Positions 6,249-17,161 of a stretch of 25,479 bases of DNA are shown in pieces. The notes beneath the pieces were generated by a model. The model did no database searches and was not told the DNA's origin. It saw only the letters and a list, made by a program, of their open reading frames with translations. Source of the DNA: Prasinococcaceae sp. CCMP 1430. Lineage: Eukaryota > Plantae > Prasinodermophyta. Positions within the stretch are counted from its first letter, which is position 1; each line of letters begins with the position of its first letter. The stretch covers positions 1-25,479 of the forward strand of contig RQSC01000854.1 of NCBI GenBank assembly GCA_013416795.1. Reading direction: 5' to 3'. The position numbers and the translations under genes are program-made.

Positions 6249-7961
6249 ATGGCAGGGGCGGTGGGCGGCGCCCCACCGCCTTCATGCGAGCTGGACGCGC
6301 TGGCGGACGGCGCGCTGTTCGAGCCGCTCGAGCGTGCGCTCGCGGAGGCGTGCCGCGCCGTCGGCGGCGGCGAGCTCGCAGCGGCCGCATCGCGCAAGCG
6401 CTCGCTTTTGCGGCGGCGCGGCGACGAGGATGGACCCGACTGGGAGTGGCGCGGCGCGCGCGCGGCGTTCATGTGCTTGGCGTCGATGCAGCGGCGCTTG
6501 TACGAGCGAGGAGCTGTCCGCGGAGCTGAGCCGCCGCCGCCGGGTGTGCTGTGCACCGCGGTGTCCGAATTCGGCACACGCCGCGAGAAGCGCTTCGGCT
6601 CCGCTGATGAGCTGGCGTCGGCCATCGTCGACCAATTGAGTGACGCCGTGCAACAGCAGCAAGGCTGGCAGCACGGCCTGCAGCAGCGCGAGCAGCCGGA
6701 TAAGGCAGGCGCACCAGCGGTTCGCATCGCCCGCGCTGCGGTCTGCGCGGGCGGCCTTGTGAAGGTGACAACAGGCGTGCAGCTCGAGCGCCAGCGAGCG
6801 CTGGGCGGGGTCATGTGCGCCGAGTGCGGCCGCTTCCTACGCGGTGAACGCGGACTGCGAATGCACCAGCAGGTGGCGCACGGCGCCACGTACGAGGCGT
6901 CCGCCGCTGAGGCGCGCAACGCGTGCCGCGCCCTCCAGGTGCTCTCAGGGACGGCGGGGGCTGTGCCGGGGGTGGCGGCGCAACCGAGCTCGCGTGCCGA
7001 GGCCGGCAAAGGTGGTTCGCCGGAGGGTGCGGGCACCGTTCCATCGCACGCTGCGCTCACGCAGGCGTGGGCTGCTGAGGCGCGCGCGCGCGAGGCGCGC
7101 CGCGCCTGGCTGCCACCCGCACTTGAGGCGGCGCGCACGAACGACGTGCAAGCGCTTGAGCGCTGTGGTGCCGCGGCCGCGCTCGCTGCGCGCGATCGCT
7201 TTGGCGCGACTGCGCTGCACTGGGCGGCGGGCGCCGGTGCGCTGGGGTGTGTCAAGTGGATGGTCGAGACTGCGGGCGTGGATGCTGGCGAGGCACAAGT
7301 CGGCGGGCGCGGCTGTGGCGTCGGGCGCACCGCCGTGCACTGGGCCGCACGCAACGGACACCTTGACGTGGCGCGCTACCTGGTCGAGGAGCACGGTGCC
7401 ACCGCCAACGCGGTCACCATTGATGGCACCACGCCACTGCACCTGGCCGTCTGGCGCGGCCGCCTCGAGCTCGTGCGCTGGCTCGTGCGCGACGGCGGCG
7501 CAGACCTGCATGCGACCAATGACCACGGCTGCAATGCGGCCCAGTGGGCAGCGCAGACTGGCGATATTCGCACAATAGCTTGGCTGCACGAGGAAGGCCT
7601 GGACCTGCATCTGCTCAATTCCAACGCTCACAGCCTGGTGTATAAGGCCGCCGTCAAGGGGCGCGCGCGCATGTGCCGCTGGCTCCTGCAGACCGCCGGC
7701 CTCGCTGGCGTGCAGCTTAGCGCCGACGCCGACGGTAATACGCCCGCCAAAATGGCGGGGGCGGAGGGCTACGAGCGGCTTGCGGCGTGGCTCGGCGAGG
7801 CCGAGGCCGCCGCGCGCGCGGCGCCGCATCTCGATGGCGCTGCGCTCGTGGACGCCGCTGACGCGATCGAGGGAGCGTGGACAGCAGCTACGGAAGAAGA
7901 GGACAGCATGCCTGACGCCCGCGCTCGCTGCGAAGGCAGCGACAGCGACGGTAGCTCCTAG
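6249..7961 (+). CDS. C2H2 zinc finger plus ankyrin-repeat protein, about 570 aa
   Basis: CAECGRFLRGERGLRMHQQVAH is a C2H2 finger. Ankyrin repeats include GATALHWAAGAG, GRTAVHWAARNGH, GTTPLHLAVWRG, GCNAAQWAAQTG and GNTPAKMA. Confidence 0.88.
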   Translation: MAGAVGGAPPPSCELDALADGALFEPLERALAEACRAVGGGELAAAASRKRSLLRRRGDEDGPDWEWRGARAAFMCLASMQRRLYERGAVRGAEPPPPGVLCTAVSEFGTRREKRFGSADELASAIVDQLSDAVQQQQGWQHGLQQREQPDKAGAPAVRIARAAVCAGGLVKVTTGVQLERQRALGGVMCAECGRFLRGERGLRMHQQVAHGATYEASAAEARNACRALQVLSGTAGAVPGVAAQPSSRAEAGKGGSPEGAGTVPSHAALTQAWAAEARAREARRAWLPPALEAARTNDVQALERCGAAAALAARDRFGATALHWAAGAGALGCVKWMVETAGVDAGEAQVGGRGCGVGRTAVHWAARNGHLDVARYLVEEHGATANAVTIDGTTPLHLAVWRGRLELVRWLVRDGGADLHATNDHGCNAAQWAAQTGDIRTIAWLHEEGLDLHLLNSNAHSLVYKAAVKGRARMCRWLLQTAGLAGVQLSADADGNTPAKMAGAEGYERLAAWLGEAEAAARAAPHLDGAALVDAADAIEGAWTAATEEEDSMPDARARCEGSDSDGSS

Positions 7962-8091
7962 GCCCAACAACGGAAATCTCGCGCGTGAGAACGTGTGTCG
8001 GCGCTCTTGTTACCATACTGTAGTACTATCTTTGACTAGTACTACCCATGCTTAGTCTACCAGTCAGGGTTCCTTGCCCTGCGGGCACAGC

Positions 8092-8932
8092 TCAATCGAT
8101 CCTGAGTTTGACACCACCCGAGACGACGCAGTCAAGCAGGGCAATGACAAAGAGGCCGCATCCGACCGCCACCACCAATGCGGCGGCAACGAGCGAGTGG
8201 TCGCTCCACCCGTTCTCACCCGCCTTGAGCTTGCGGTATATACGGCCCAGCGCGTTCGGAGCCTGCCAGAATATCGACGCCACCCGTCCCACGGCGCTAT
8301 TCGGCGCCTTCCACGCCGGCACGGGGGTCTCGGCCTGCCATCCCCCTCGCGCAAACTTCAAGAGTTTCTTGAGGTCCCTACCAGCGGTGCTGCTGTACTC
8401 GACGAATCGGCCCTCTTGCATGAAGTACAAGCTAGGGAAGACTTGGACGCCCAGTCTGCGCGCGAGGATGGTCTCCTCCGCGCCGTCGATGCGCCCCACG
8501 CGAACCTCTCCGTCGAGCTCCTCTGCGAGCTTGCGCCACGTCGGCTCTAGCGCTTTGCAGTGCGTACACCACGGCGCGTACACCTCGACGAACCACGGCG
8601 ACCCATCCTGGATGTAGTCATCGAAGGTGTCCCACTTGAGGTCCACGACCTGCGCAGCACGCGGCGCGGGGTGCAGGAGCGCCACGCCAACCCGGGCGGC
8701 TAAGTGTCAGCGCGCGGCGGCGGGGCGGGGCGGACCGTGCATGGCGTAGCAATGTGCACATCAGGGCCGGCGCCTGCAAGCCACGCGGGCGGGACTTAAA
8801 GTCACGGTCGACGGGCGCGGCCCCCACCTTATCGACGCCCCCGCTCGCCTTGCTGCCGGCCGTGGCCGCAGCAGCGGCCCCCGCACAGAGGACCGCCAGC
8901 GCCCCCAACAGCACGTGGCGCGCGCGCGCCAT
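8092..8932 (-). CDS. Thioredoxin-like transmembrane / PDI-family protein (TMX-like), 2 exons: 8932-8828 and 8649-8092, about 220 aa
   Basis: Signal peptide MARARHVLLGALAVLCAGAAAA, active site YAPWCTHC, GVQVFPSL, a C-terminal TM segment and a KLRID* tail. A phase-0 intron joins the two exons in frame. Confidence 0.9.
8650..8827 (-). other. Spliceosomal intron (178 nt) in the TMX-like gene
   Basis: Boundaries are AAG|GTGGGG and GCGCAG|GTC, with a CTGAC branch point near 8710-8706. Confidence 0.85.
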
Positions 8933-9431
8933 TGGCGCCGCGCCGACCCTCCGACCCTCCGCGCGGCGCTCAGCGCGACCCTCGCCCGCGCCGCGCACGC
9001 TGGTGTGGCGCCGCCTCGCACGCGAGCGCGCTCGCCGCGGCGCGCGGCGCGTCGCCTGGGCGCTGCAGGAGGGAGGAAGCTCCATAAAAAAGCTGCGCAA
9101 ATCGCAACGCCAACACCCGTCCATTGAGCGAGCACACATCCGTCCGACGAGCGTTTGAAAACTCGAAAGGATGTCCGCGGACGCCCCTGCACATGCGGCT
9201 TTTGATCCTGTGATGAACGGCCGAACGCATTTGCAGAATATGCTCTCCCGTGGTTAAAGAGTATATGATTTTAAACCATATCTGAAGTCCGCAGGTCTGC
9301 AAGCGAGCGGCACGTCACAAGGAAGGGACGTTGGAGGGCGTGCAGTTCTGCATTCGTTTTGATGGAGCTGGCCGTTGTTACTCTCGCGGAGGCGGTGGCG
9401 GTGCGCCACAGCGGGCGCGGGGGGGGGGCGT

Positions 9432-9530
9432 CCCCCTGTCCCCCGCCCCCGCCCCCGCCCCCCGGCCACTCCCACGCGCGCGTTGCCGGACGGCCGGCTG
9501 GCGTCCGCGTCAGAGAGAGAGAGAGAGAGA
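9432..9530. repeat. Five C5 runs (G-quadruplex-capable on minus) preceded by a G10 run at 9419-9428, plus an (AG)n tract at 9512-9530
   Basis: Read directly: ccccc tgt ccccc g ccccc g ccccc g ccccc. The AG repeat ends at the A of ATG 9530. Confidence 0.85.
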
Positions 9531-10864
9531 TGGTTACAGCAGCGGCGACGCGGGCGCTGCTCGGCGACGAGGCGCGGACGACGCAGATCGACGAGTGGCT
9601 CATCGATTGGGGGGCGCGACACGAAGCGGAGGAGACCCTGGAGCTGGAACGCCGCGCACCGCGCGATGCAGACGTGGAGAGGGCGGCGAGGGCGGCTGCG
9701 GTGGCTGGTGCGTCCGCAGACGCCGCAAAAGCGGCGCTTGCTGCGAGGGCGCGCCGGCATGCGCTCGGCGCGCTCGGCGCCGCGCGGCGCATCGGCACAC
9801 GAGAGGCAGAGATCGACCGCGGCACAACGCGCACGCTTGCCGTGCGCGCTGCGCCGCTCGACGATGCGCGCCGTGCTGCGCTCGACGCTCGTGCCGAGCG
9901 GGGCGTGCACGGCGCGGCGTTCAATGCGGACAGTGCTGTCGCTCTGAGCAGAAGCATCGTGGGTGAGTATGACGACGCACCGGGCGGTCTGGACGCCGGT
10001 GTGGCAGCTGACAGCACGGAGGCGAGAGGCAGCAGCGGCAACGGGCGCATCCTCGGCTGGGGTGGCACCGCACAGGACCGTGTAGATGCCCTGCGCATCG
10101 GCGGTGGTACCGCGGGAGCCAGCGCCGAGTGCTACGCCGGAAACATGCGCGCGAGCGAGCTCGTTGGCCGCGTGCGCTGCCTGCGCTCGCGCGGCGAGCG
10201 CTCGCAGGCGATGTGCGGGCCAGGGCTTGAGAGGCGCGGACAGCCGCGGTCGGCTCACCTCGAACTTCTCCACTCCCGACGCAAGGGCGTGCATGCGCTG
10301 ACTGTCGGCGTCGATGGCGACGATGCATACGCAGAGCACGAAGACGAGGATTGGTACACACTCGCCCATGCGATCGCGGACGCCACCGCCGCACCGCAGC
10401 CGCGCACCTCCTCAAGGCAGACGAGCGCCGGCCACATACCCGCAAGGTCCTCCCGATCCGGAAAGGCGAACGATTCCATCGCTCAGAAGTCGGGTCGGCA
10501 CCCGCAGGCCAAACGCACGCAGGGAACGCCTGTGCGAGCTCAGCCCGGCACGATGCAGCGCTCGCAGCACTCCGCATATGGATCGGTGGCGCCCACGCGC
10601 AAGGGGGCCAGTAATGCACACGGGAGGGCCCGTAGCTCAGCGAAGAATTCTTCGAGCGAGGGCACGCTCATCGGCGCAGAAGTTGGCTCGAGCTTCCTAT
10701 TTCTTGGAGGTGACAAGTGGGGGCAGCTGCGAAGAGAGGAGCGCGCCGCCAGGAGAGAAGCTGACGCTCTCCGCAACGGCGCGCACGGCACCAAAGAGGC
10801 GTCATTGGCCAGCTTCGAATTGGCGCGAGCGCGAGTGCAACGCGCAGGCGTGCTATTCGGCTGA
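9530..10864 (+). CDS. Hypothetical (orphan) protein, about 444 aa
   Basis: A long ORF fills the space between the TMX and CTNNBL1 genes and contains protein-like segments (TTQIDEWLIDWG, HEDEDWYTLAHAIADA, LRREERAARREAD). No family recognised. Confidence 0.6.
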   Translation: MVTAAATRALLGDEARTTQIDEWLIDWGARHEAEETLELERRAPRDADVERAARAAAVAGASADAAKAALAARARRHALGALGAARRIGTREAEIDRGTTRTLAVRAAPLDDARRAALDARAERGVHGAAFNADSAVALSRSIVGEYDDAPGGLDAGVAADSTEARGSSGNGRILGWGGTAQDRVDALRIGGGTAGASAECYAGNMRASELVGRVRCLRSRGERSQAMCGPGLERRGQPRSAHLELLHSRRKGVHALTVGVDGDDAYAEHEDEDWYTLAHAIADATAAPQPRTSSRQTSAGHIPARSSRSGKANDSIAQKSGRHPQAKRTQGTPVRAQPGTMQRSQHSAYGSVAPTRKGASNAHGRARSSAKNSSSEGTLIGAEVGSSFLFLGGDKWGQLRREERAARREADALRNGAHGTKEASLASFELARARVQRAGVLFG

Positions 10865-10980
10865 GTGACTCGTGCATGTTGTATACGTGTGTACACGCAG
10901 CTGTAGACCACCTCAAGTTTGTTTGATTACTCCCGCCGCCTGCACACGAATTGTCATTGGCACGTTCGCCACGGCGTCTC

Positions 10981-12847
10981 TCAGGCCTCCACGATTGCAG
11001 CAGCGCGCTCGAGCCTGTCCGCGAGCTCCTGAGCACCTTCGCCGCCGACGCTGGCAACATGGTCTCGCACAAGCGCTGCCACGAAGTCGCGCCCCTTGCC
11101 GCGCAGGTCGAGCAGCTCAGCGATGTGTGCTTGCACACCCTCGTCGCCCGAGGCCCACAGCTGTGCGAGGATGCAGCCGACTAGGCGCACGCTGAAGAGG
11201 CCTCTGTCCAGCAGCTCGACCTCGCGCTGCAGGCACACGCAAGAGCTCACACCGTCAGAGTCAGTGACATCGTGCAGATGGCGCATAGAGACACGTGCCG
11301 ACGCGAGCTTGCAAGGGTATCGCAGGAGCACATGCGGCACGTCCAACACGCACTAAGTAGCAGCTGATGCGCACACGCGCGCGCGGGCGGGCGCCCGCGT
11401 GATGTCGCACCTCGGCCTCGTCGAGCCCTGCTGGCAGCGCCTTCTCCGCCGCGAAGTACCGCTCGAGATACGAATCGAGCAATTCAAACAATCTGTCGAG
11501 CTTTTCGTACTCCTGCTCGACGAACTTGGCAAGCACACGGTCGAGCCTGTCCGTGTCTTCGAGTTCGGTGGCCAGCGATGCCACGAGCGACACGCAGCGC
11601 TCGTCAGAGAGCGCCTCTGTGTCCTCCTCGGTCCTCTTTTTGCCCTTGCCCTTGCTCGCTTGCTTATGTGCTGCAGCGGCCCCCTTCCCCATGAATGCGG
11701 AGAACGTTGTACCCAGCCCACGCACGTCGACCAGGCGCTTGCACGCCGGTGCGTAGCGCGTGCACGCGAAGTCCAGAGCGCGGAAGGCGGCAACTCGCGC
11801 TGCCGGTGCGGCGTCCTTGGACCTGGCGACGATGCACATGAGCTCCATCCCCTCGGCCTCCACGAAGGCGGCCTTACCTTCGGTGCCCATGACGATGCAG
11901 CACAGGCAGTCGAAGAGGTTCTGGCAGTGCTCTTCCTCGTCGCCGCCGGCGGGTGCCTTCCGCTTATAGGGCGCGATTGCGCGCAGGATGGCATCCGTGC
12001 CACCCTTGGCGACCACCGCAGCCTTGGCGCCCTCAGCGCTCTGCATGAGGATCGCGAGCACCTCACTGGTGTACTGCTTGTTAGCATCAAAGCCCTCGGC
12101 GTTCACACGCTTGCAAGCCCAATCCACGAAGCGTGTGCCCTCGCACACAGCGGCGGCATGCTTCGGGTCGATCGACGTGAGGTTCTCCAGACAAGTCAGG
12201 CAGCCATTGGCGCCGGCGGCCTCCTGCTGCTGCGACTCATCAAGTCGCTCGAGCGTCGATATGAGGAGCTCGAGGCCGTTCGCAGCGATGATGGCATCCG
12301 CAAGGGCTACATACGCCTCCTCGTTGTCTTCGTCCTCGTCCGCGTCCTCTGCGTCCGCATCCGTGAGTTCCGCGAGCAGCGAGACGGCGCCGCACGCGAT
12401 GTCGACGTTCTCGTGTGCGAGCAGGCCCACGGCCGTCGGCACCGCACCAAGGCGCACGAACTCGGGGTATAGCTCGGGCGATGCGGCGAGCGCGCCTAAT
12501 GCTCGCACCTCCGCGTCAAGCGCGAGCTCCGAGTCCATGAACTTCTCCGGCTTGTCGGCGTAGCGCATGCGCGCCTCCACGTTGGCGTTGAGCCGTTTTT
12601 CGAACGACACGACGACGCGACGGAGCGCGCGCGCGTCGAGCAGCAGCGTGTCCTCCTCGCCGCCGCCGTCCCCGTCGCCTGCTGCCATGGCCGCCGCGGC
12701 CGCCGCCTCAGCCTCAGCGAGCAGACGCTCACCCTCGCCCTGCGCTGGCGGCGCATCACCACCGAGCACGGTCGCGACGGAGCCGTCGAACGCGGCAGCG
12801 GCCACCGCCGCTGCGGAGCGCGCGCGCTTCGCTGGCGGGCCATCCAT
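10981..12847 (-). CDS. CTNNBL1: Beta-catenin-like protein 1 (spliceosomal Prp19/NTC-associated), 2 exons: 12847-11411 and 11226-10981, about 560 aa
   Basis: Motifs include FEKRLNANVEARMRYADKPEKFMDSELALD, LLAHENVDIA, NKQYTSEVLAIL, EEHCQNLFDCLC and KFVEQEYEKLDRL, and exon 2 carries LLDRGLFSV. A phase-0 intron joins the exons. Confidence 0.95.
11227..11410 (-). other. Spliceosomal intron (184 nt) in CTNNBL1
   Basis: Boundaries are GAG|GTGCGA and CTGCAG|CGC, with two CTGAC motifs 30-40 nt before the acceptor. Confidence 0.85.
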
Positions 12848-13090
12848 CGCGACTAGCCGTCAGCGTTCGGCAGATTGCCCGACCCCCGCACCCCTCCGCG
12901 TTTGCGGCCCCGCGAGCAAGCGCCGCGGACGCCGCGCTGCCGCGCGGTGTGGCAGGATGTGGTGCGAGCGGCAGGCACAAAGTGTTTAGATTTTCCCTGT
13001 CTTTCCGTCTTTCGCTTTGGTGCAGTAGCGGTCGGGGTCGCTGTGCCACACAGCGCATGCGCCCAGCGCGCCGGCGGGCAGGCGGGCGGG

Positions 13091-14177
13091 ATGGCGCTCG
13101 TCAGCATGGCGCCCGCGGCGCGTACCGCGCCTGTGACGATTGCGATCAAGGGCGGCGGCACGCGACGCGCGCAACGCTCTGCGCGCCGCGCAGCGGCGCG
13201 CGCGGCGCAGGAGGACAGGCCGCGTGCGAGCTCCGCGCTCTCGATCTTCTGCCCGCTGCTCAAGCTGCTGGGCGGCGGCGACCCCGCCGCAGAGCGCAAT
13301 GAGTTCGCGGAAACGCTCACCAGTGGCCTCGCTTCAGTCAGCAGACTGCCCTTCGGAGTGCAGGCGGCGCAGCCGGTGCCAGAGCAGCCCAGGTAAGGCC
13401 CGGAGCGCCTCGCTCTCAAGCATCAGCTCTCGGACGCGCTCCACGCGCTATCTTGGGCACGCCGTGCTCGAGCTGACCCCCAGCACGTGGCCCCATCCTC
13501 GAAAACACAATGCTACGGCGAGCCTCTGTTCTTGCAGGGAGATGCTCGTGCTCTACGAGTTCGAGGCGTGCCCATTTTGCCGGCGTGTCCGGGAGGCGGC
13601 AACCGACCTTGACTTGCAGCTGCTTATCAAGCCGTGCCCGAAGGGCGTGCCAGGCGCGCCGCTCGGGGCACACCGCGCGGAGGTCTTGGCGCTGGGTGGC
13701 AAGGAGACGTTTCCGTTCCTGGTTGACCCAAACACGGGCGAGGCGATGTATGAGAGCGAGGACATTGTCCGCTATCTCTATCGCACATACGCGCCGGCCG
13801 GCGCTTCGGTGCCGGAGTGGATTATCAAGGGGACGGCCCTGTCGGGGTGGATGCCTACGTTGCTGCGAGCTGGGCGCGGGATGAGCAAGTACGCGCGCGC
13901 GCGCGCGCAACCGCCCGCTCTGGAGCTCGAGCTGTACAACTACGAGGGAAACCAGTTCGCCCGCCTCGTGCGCGAGGCGCTGTGCGAGCTCGAGCTCCCG
14001 TACATCTGCCGCAGCGCCGGCAAGGGCAGCGAGACGCGCGAGCAGCTGCGCGCGCTGTCGGGAGCTACCACCGTGCCATACCTCGTGGACCCGAACACGG
14101 GAAAGGCCATGGGCGAGTCGCTCGACATCGTGAGGTACCTGTTCTCCGAGTACAGCGAGGAGCCGCAGGAGCCCTGA
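13091..14177 (+). CDS. Tandem GST-N/glutaredoxin-like (thioredoxin-fold) protein, probably plastid-targeted; 2 exons: 13091-13392 and 13538-14177, about 313 aa
   Basis: The N-terminus is Ala/Arg/Ser-rich and transit-like. Domain 1 has LYEFEACPFCRRVRE and GGKETFPFLVDPNTG...YESEDIVRYL. Domain 2 has LYNYEGNQFARLVREALCELELPY and VPYLVDPNTG...ESLDIVRYL. This resembles the plant chloroplast family exemplified by Arabidopsis At4g10000. Confidence 0.88.
13393..13537 (+). other. Spliceosomal intron (145 nt), phase 2
   Basis: Boundaries are AG|GTAAGG and TTGCAG|G, with an internal CTGAC. Splicing restores the frame PR|EMLVLYEF. Confidence 0.85.
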
Positions 14178-14205
14178 GAGGCGAGCGCGCGGCAAATACA
14201 GTACA

Positions 14206-14210
14206 TGTAA
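14206..14210 (+). promoter_or_regulatory. Candidate UGUAA polyadenylation signal of the GST-N gene
   Basis: TGTAA lies about 29 nt after the stop at 14177. Confidence 0.55.
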
Positions 14211-14509
14211 ATGTTGTGCAGAGGTGAGATGACATGGTGGTGGGGCCTGTGAAAGTGCCGCCTCCACCGCGCGCATGCGTCCCACCGCCTCGTACAGTAC
14301 AGTACATATTGATGCGTGCTTTCGTTAAAGCTGCTAAGGTTTACGACTGACGGCGAGGCTGAATGACGACCCGCCCACGTGCCCGAAAGGAAAGGAGTGC
14401 TCGCGGGCGGGGGGCGCCTGCCCACGAGGCACTGCAAAACTAGCACTTGCTGTGACGCCGACCTACGAGGCCACTGGGTGCGATATGCAGGGCGTGCTTC
14501 GGCGTCTCT

Positions 14510-17068
14510 CTAAAAGAACAGCGCTTTCCACGGCGTCGGGATGGGCGCAGGCTCGAGCCAGCCCGTCAGGAAGTCGAGGTGCTCTGTGAAGTTGGTCACT
14601 GCCATCGTGTCCTTCATGCCAGCCTTGTTGCCAATGATGAAGGTGCGCTCCTTGGGGACCTTGGCATTCTTGTAGGCGGACACATCAGTGGCGACGTTCC
14701 CATACGCTGCCCAGCTTTCGACGCCAATGCTCGCGAGGTGGTTCATGACGCCTACCTTAAAGTCGCGCACGAACTGATAGCCCGCGAAGGTACCCTTGCC
14801 CGGCAGCGCCGCCATCTTGCTGGTGGTGAGAATGACGGGCCCAGGCGGGAAGCCGTGCTTCGCGAGCCATTCAAAGGTCAGATTGTAGAAGCTCCCTTGG
14901 CGGCCAGTCAAGTAGACTGGCAGGTAGCCCTTGGCTGCCCAGTAGCGGCACAGACTCAGGCCGTTGGCGCGCGAGACCGCGTCGAACGCGCGGGCCTGGC
15001 CAGCGAAGTCGTAGATCATCTGCCCCACCATCTGCTCGTCGCCCACGTTGATAGTGCCGTCGAGGTCGAGCACGACCGCACGCGTGCCCTTCTCCAGGAT
15101 ATAGAGCGAGCCGTGGCCGATGGTGTTGTCAGATGCGACGACGGCGCGGATGGCATAGTGACCCGGCTGGGTGGAGACGAAAGGCGGGCATTCGTATCGG
15201 AGGATCCCCTTGTCATTCGTGTACACCGTGTCGAGGAAGCGATACGAGTCCATGCTGTCGTGCTGCTTGGCGAAGAGGTGCACGGCCTCGTTCTTGAGGC
15301 GCCGCGATCCATACTCGAATCTCCCCCACACGTACGGCTTGGTGCCCTCGTCGCCAACGCAGAAAACGTTGTTGTGCGAACACAACCAGTGATTGTCCTC
15401 GTTGATGGCGCGAAGCGGGCGTCGGGTCATGTCTCGCAGCCTTCCCTCTATCATCATGAGGTCCGGCCCATTGTAGTTTCCGCCATCGCGCGTGTCGCGC
15501 ATCGGCGTGAGTGTCACGCGTACGGTCATGAGCCCGACCTCCTCGGAGTTAGCGTCCATCTGCGGCTGCACGACGCGTGAGTTGATCCACCCCTTCTTGC
15601 TGGCACTCAGACTCACGCTCTTCTGCGAGCCAGCGTCTTTGACTGTGCCTCGAGCGGGGTCGGCAGACGAGGTGTCGGTGGCGGTGGCGCCCCCGGCGCT
15701 CGTGGTGCTGTCCCGCGCGCTGTCCGTAGCGGAGGGGCCCTGCCTGACCGTCTCCCGGGTCGTTCGAAGAGCCACGTTGTGCAGGACGCCCTCGTCATCG
15801 ATCTCGATGTTCTTGGCCGGAAGCAGCTCCATCTTCAGCGTTTGGGCGCCGTAGTCCAGCTCGCCGTACGGGATGGAGGCGCCGGCGACGGGCGCCGATG
15901 CACTGCCGCCGCACGTGATCGCGTTAAAGCACGCGTGGCACGGGCAGCAAAACACCTTGAGCATGGTGCCCAAGTTGCCCGTGAGGTCGACGATTTTCTT
16001 GAAGAACCCTCCGACAGCCTTTTTAGCCGTGTTGGGCTGCTTGAAGATGATGTGAATGGGCCGGTCGCTCACGTTCACGACAAAGTACGCCGCCCCCTCA
16101 AACTCGAAGTGCGTGTCGAGCCCTGCTTGGGCAAAGGTGTCAAGCTTGCGGAGGGCGCTCTCGTCCTCAATCGATCCCTTGGACGTAACCGCTTGGATCT
16201 TTGCGCTCTTCGCTTTTCCTTTGGTGCTGATTTTTCGCTGCGCGCCGATTTTGGTGTGGCACTTCAGCGCGTTGGCATCGCTCTGCTCACCGCCGACGGA
16301 CACGACCACTCTCGGCTTGCGCAAGCGCGCCGCCGGTACCACGCCGCAGACGTCGAGAATCTCGACCTTGACGAGCGTAATGAAGGGCTCGGTTGTGCCC
16401 ATTTGCTGAAAGTTCAGTTCGGGCAGCGGCACCAAGGCCCTCGTCGCCTTCTTGACCTCGTCGGAGGTGATTTCACCGCTCGCCTCTTCGGCCTCCAGCT
16501 CCTGCTCCGCCTCGAACACGCCGTCTTTAAAATGCCGGAAGGACAAAAGCCGCCCGCAAGGATGCTTCTTGCGCTCCGTGTCCGCGCCATCCTGCGCCTG
16601 TCCGTAAGGCGTCGTCGCGTTGTAGAATGCACACGCAGCGGACATCGGGCGCGAGCGCGCGTTGTGTGCGCGCGCGCACGCGCGGGGAGAGGCGGCAGAT
16701 GTGCGTCAGCAACCGCACCGCAATCAATGCTGACCTCTAGCAAATTGTGGCGAACGGACGTTGCGCCGAGGCCATTGGCACACGATGGAGGCATGGCGAC
16801 CACTCTATTTTGCTAGGCCCACCTCGTCCTTTGCCTTGGTCTTCGTTTCCCCCGCCTCGGCAGTGCCCGGCGGCATGAGCTGCCGCATGAGCTCTTGGTT
16901 CGCCCGCGCCACGCTCGGCGACACCTCGGGCGGGTGTGAAATCTCGGCGGACGCCACGCGGTGCGGCATTGCGTCCGGCGCCGCCGGCGCCGCGGGCGCG
17001 CCACCGCCCGCCGCCCCCGCCCCCGGCGACGCGCTCGCCTCGGGCTCCTTGCTCGAAGCCGCCCCCAT
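14510..17068 (-). CDS. N-myristoylated C2-like plus Nir/RdgB-type LNS2 (lipin-like HAD) domain protein; 2 exons: 17068-16823 and 16597-14510, about 777 aa
   Basis: The C-terminal part has WGRFEYG...NEAVHLF...YTNDKGILRY...GHYAIRAVVASDNT...GTRAVVLDLDGT, YLTGRQ, WLAKHGFPPGP and AYGNVATDVSAY...VPKERTFIIG, the LNS2/PITP signature. Exon 1 starts MGAASSK and is joined by a phase-0 intron. Confidence 0.85.
16598..16822 (-). other. Predicted spliceosomal intron (225 nt) linking ORF 16805-17068 to ORF 14510-16645
   Basis: The donor is GAG|GTGGGC and a CTGAC lies near 16709-16705. There is no AG in the following ~105 nt until GGACAG at 16598, and splicing there is in frame. An alternative in-frame acceptor is at 16592. 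Confidence 0.7.
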
Positions 17069-17161
17069 CGCGCCGCCCGCGTCCCGCCACGCCGAGCAGG
17101 CTCCAAGGCGATGGGGGACGAGACGCAGTGTGGCGGCGCCGCTCGAGCGGCGCGCGACGAC

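Noticed and set aside
5903-7354. Long antisense and shadow ORFs (also 2284-4134 as a whole, 11399-12472, 16737-18002, 19652-20668, 21794-23251 and many others)
   Set aside because: These are Arg/Ala/Pro-rich translations that overlap well-supported genes. They are expected from stop-codon scarcity at high GC. The 2284-4134 ORF is artificially read through an N.
16805-17068. Standalone 87-aa myristoylated microprotein
   Set aside because: It is better explained as exon 1 of the LNS2 gene: a GTGGGC donor, a CTGAC branch point, an AG-free zone and an in-frame acceptor are all present.
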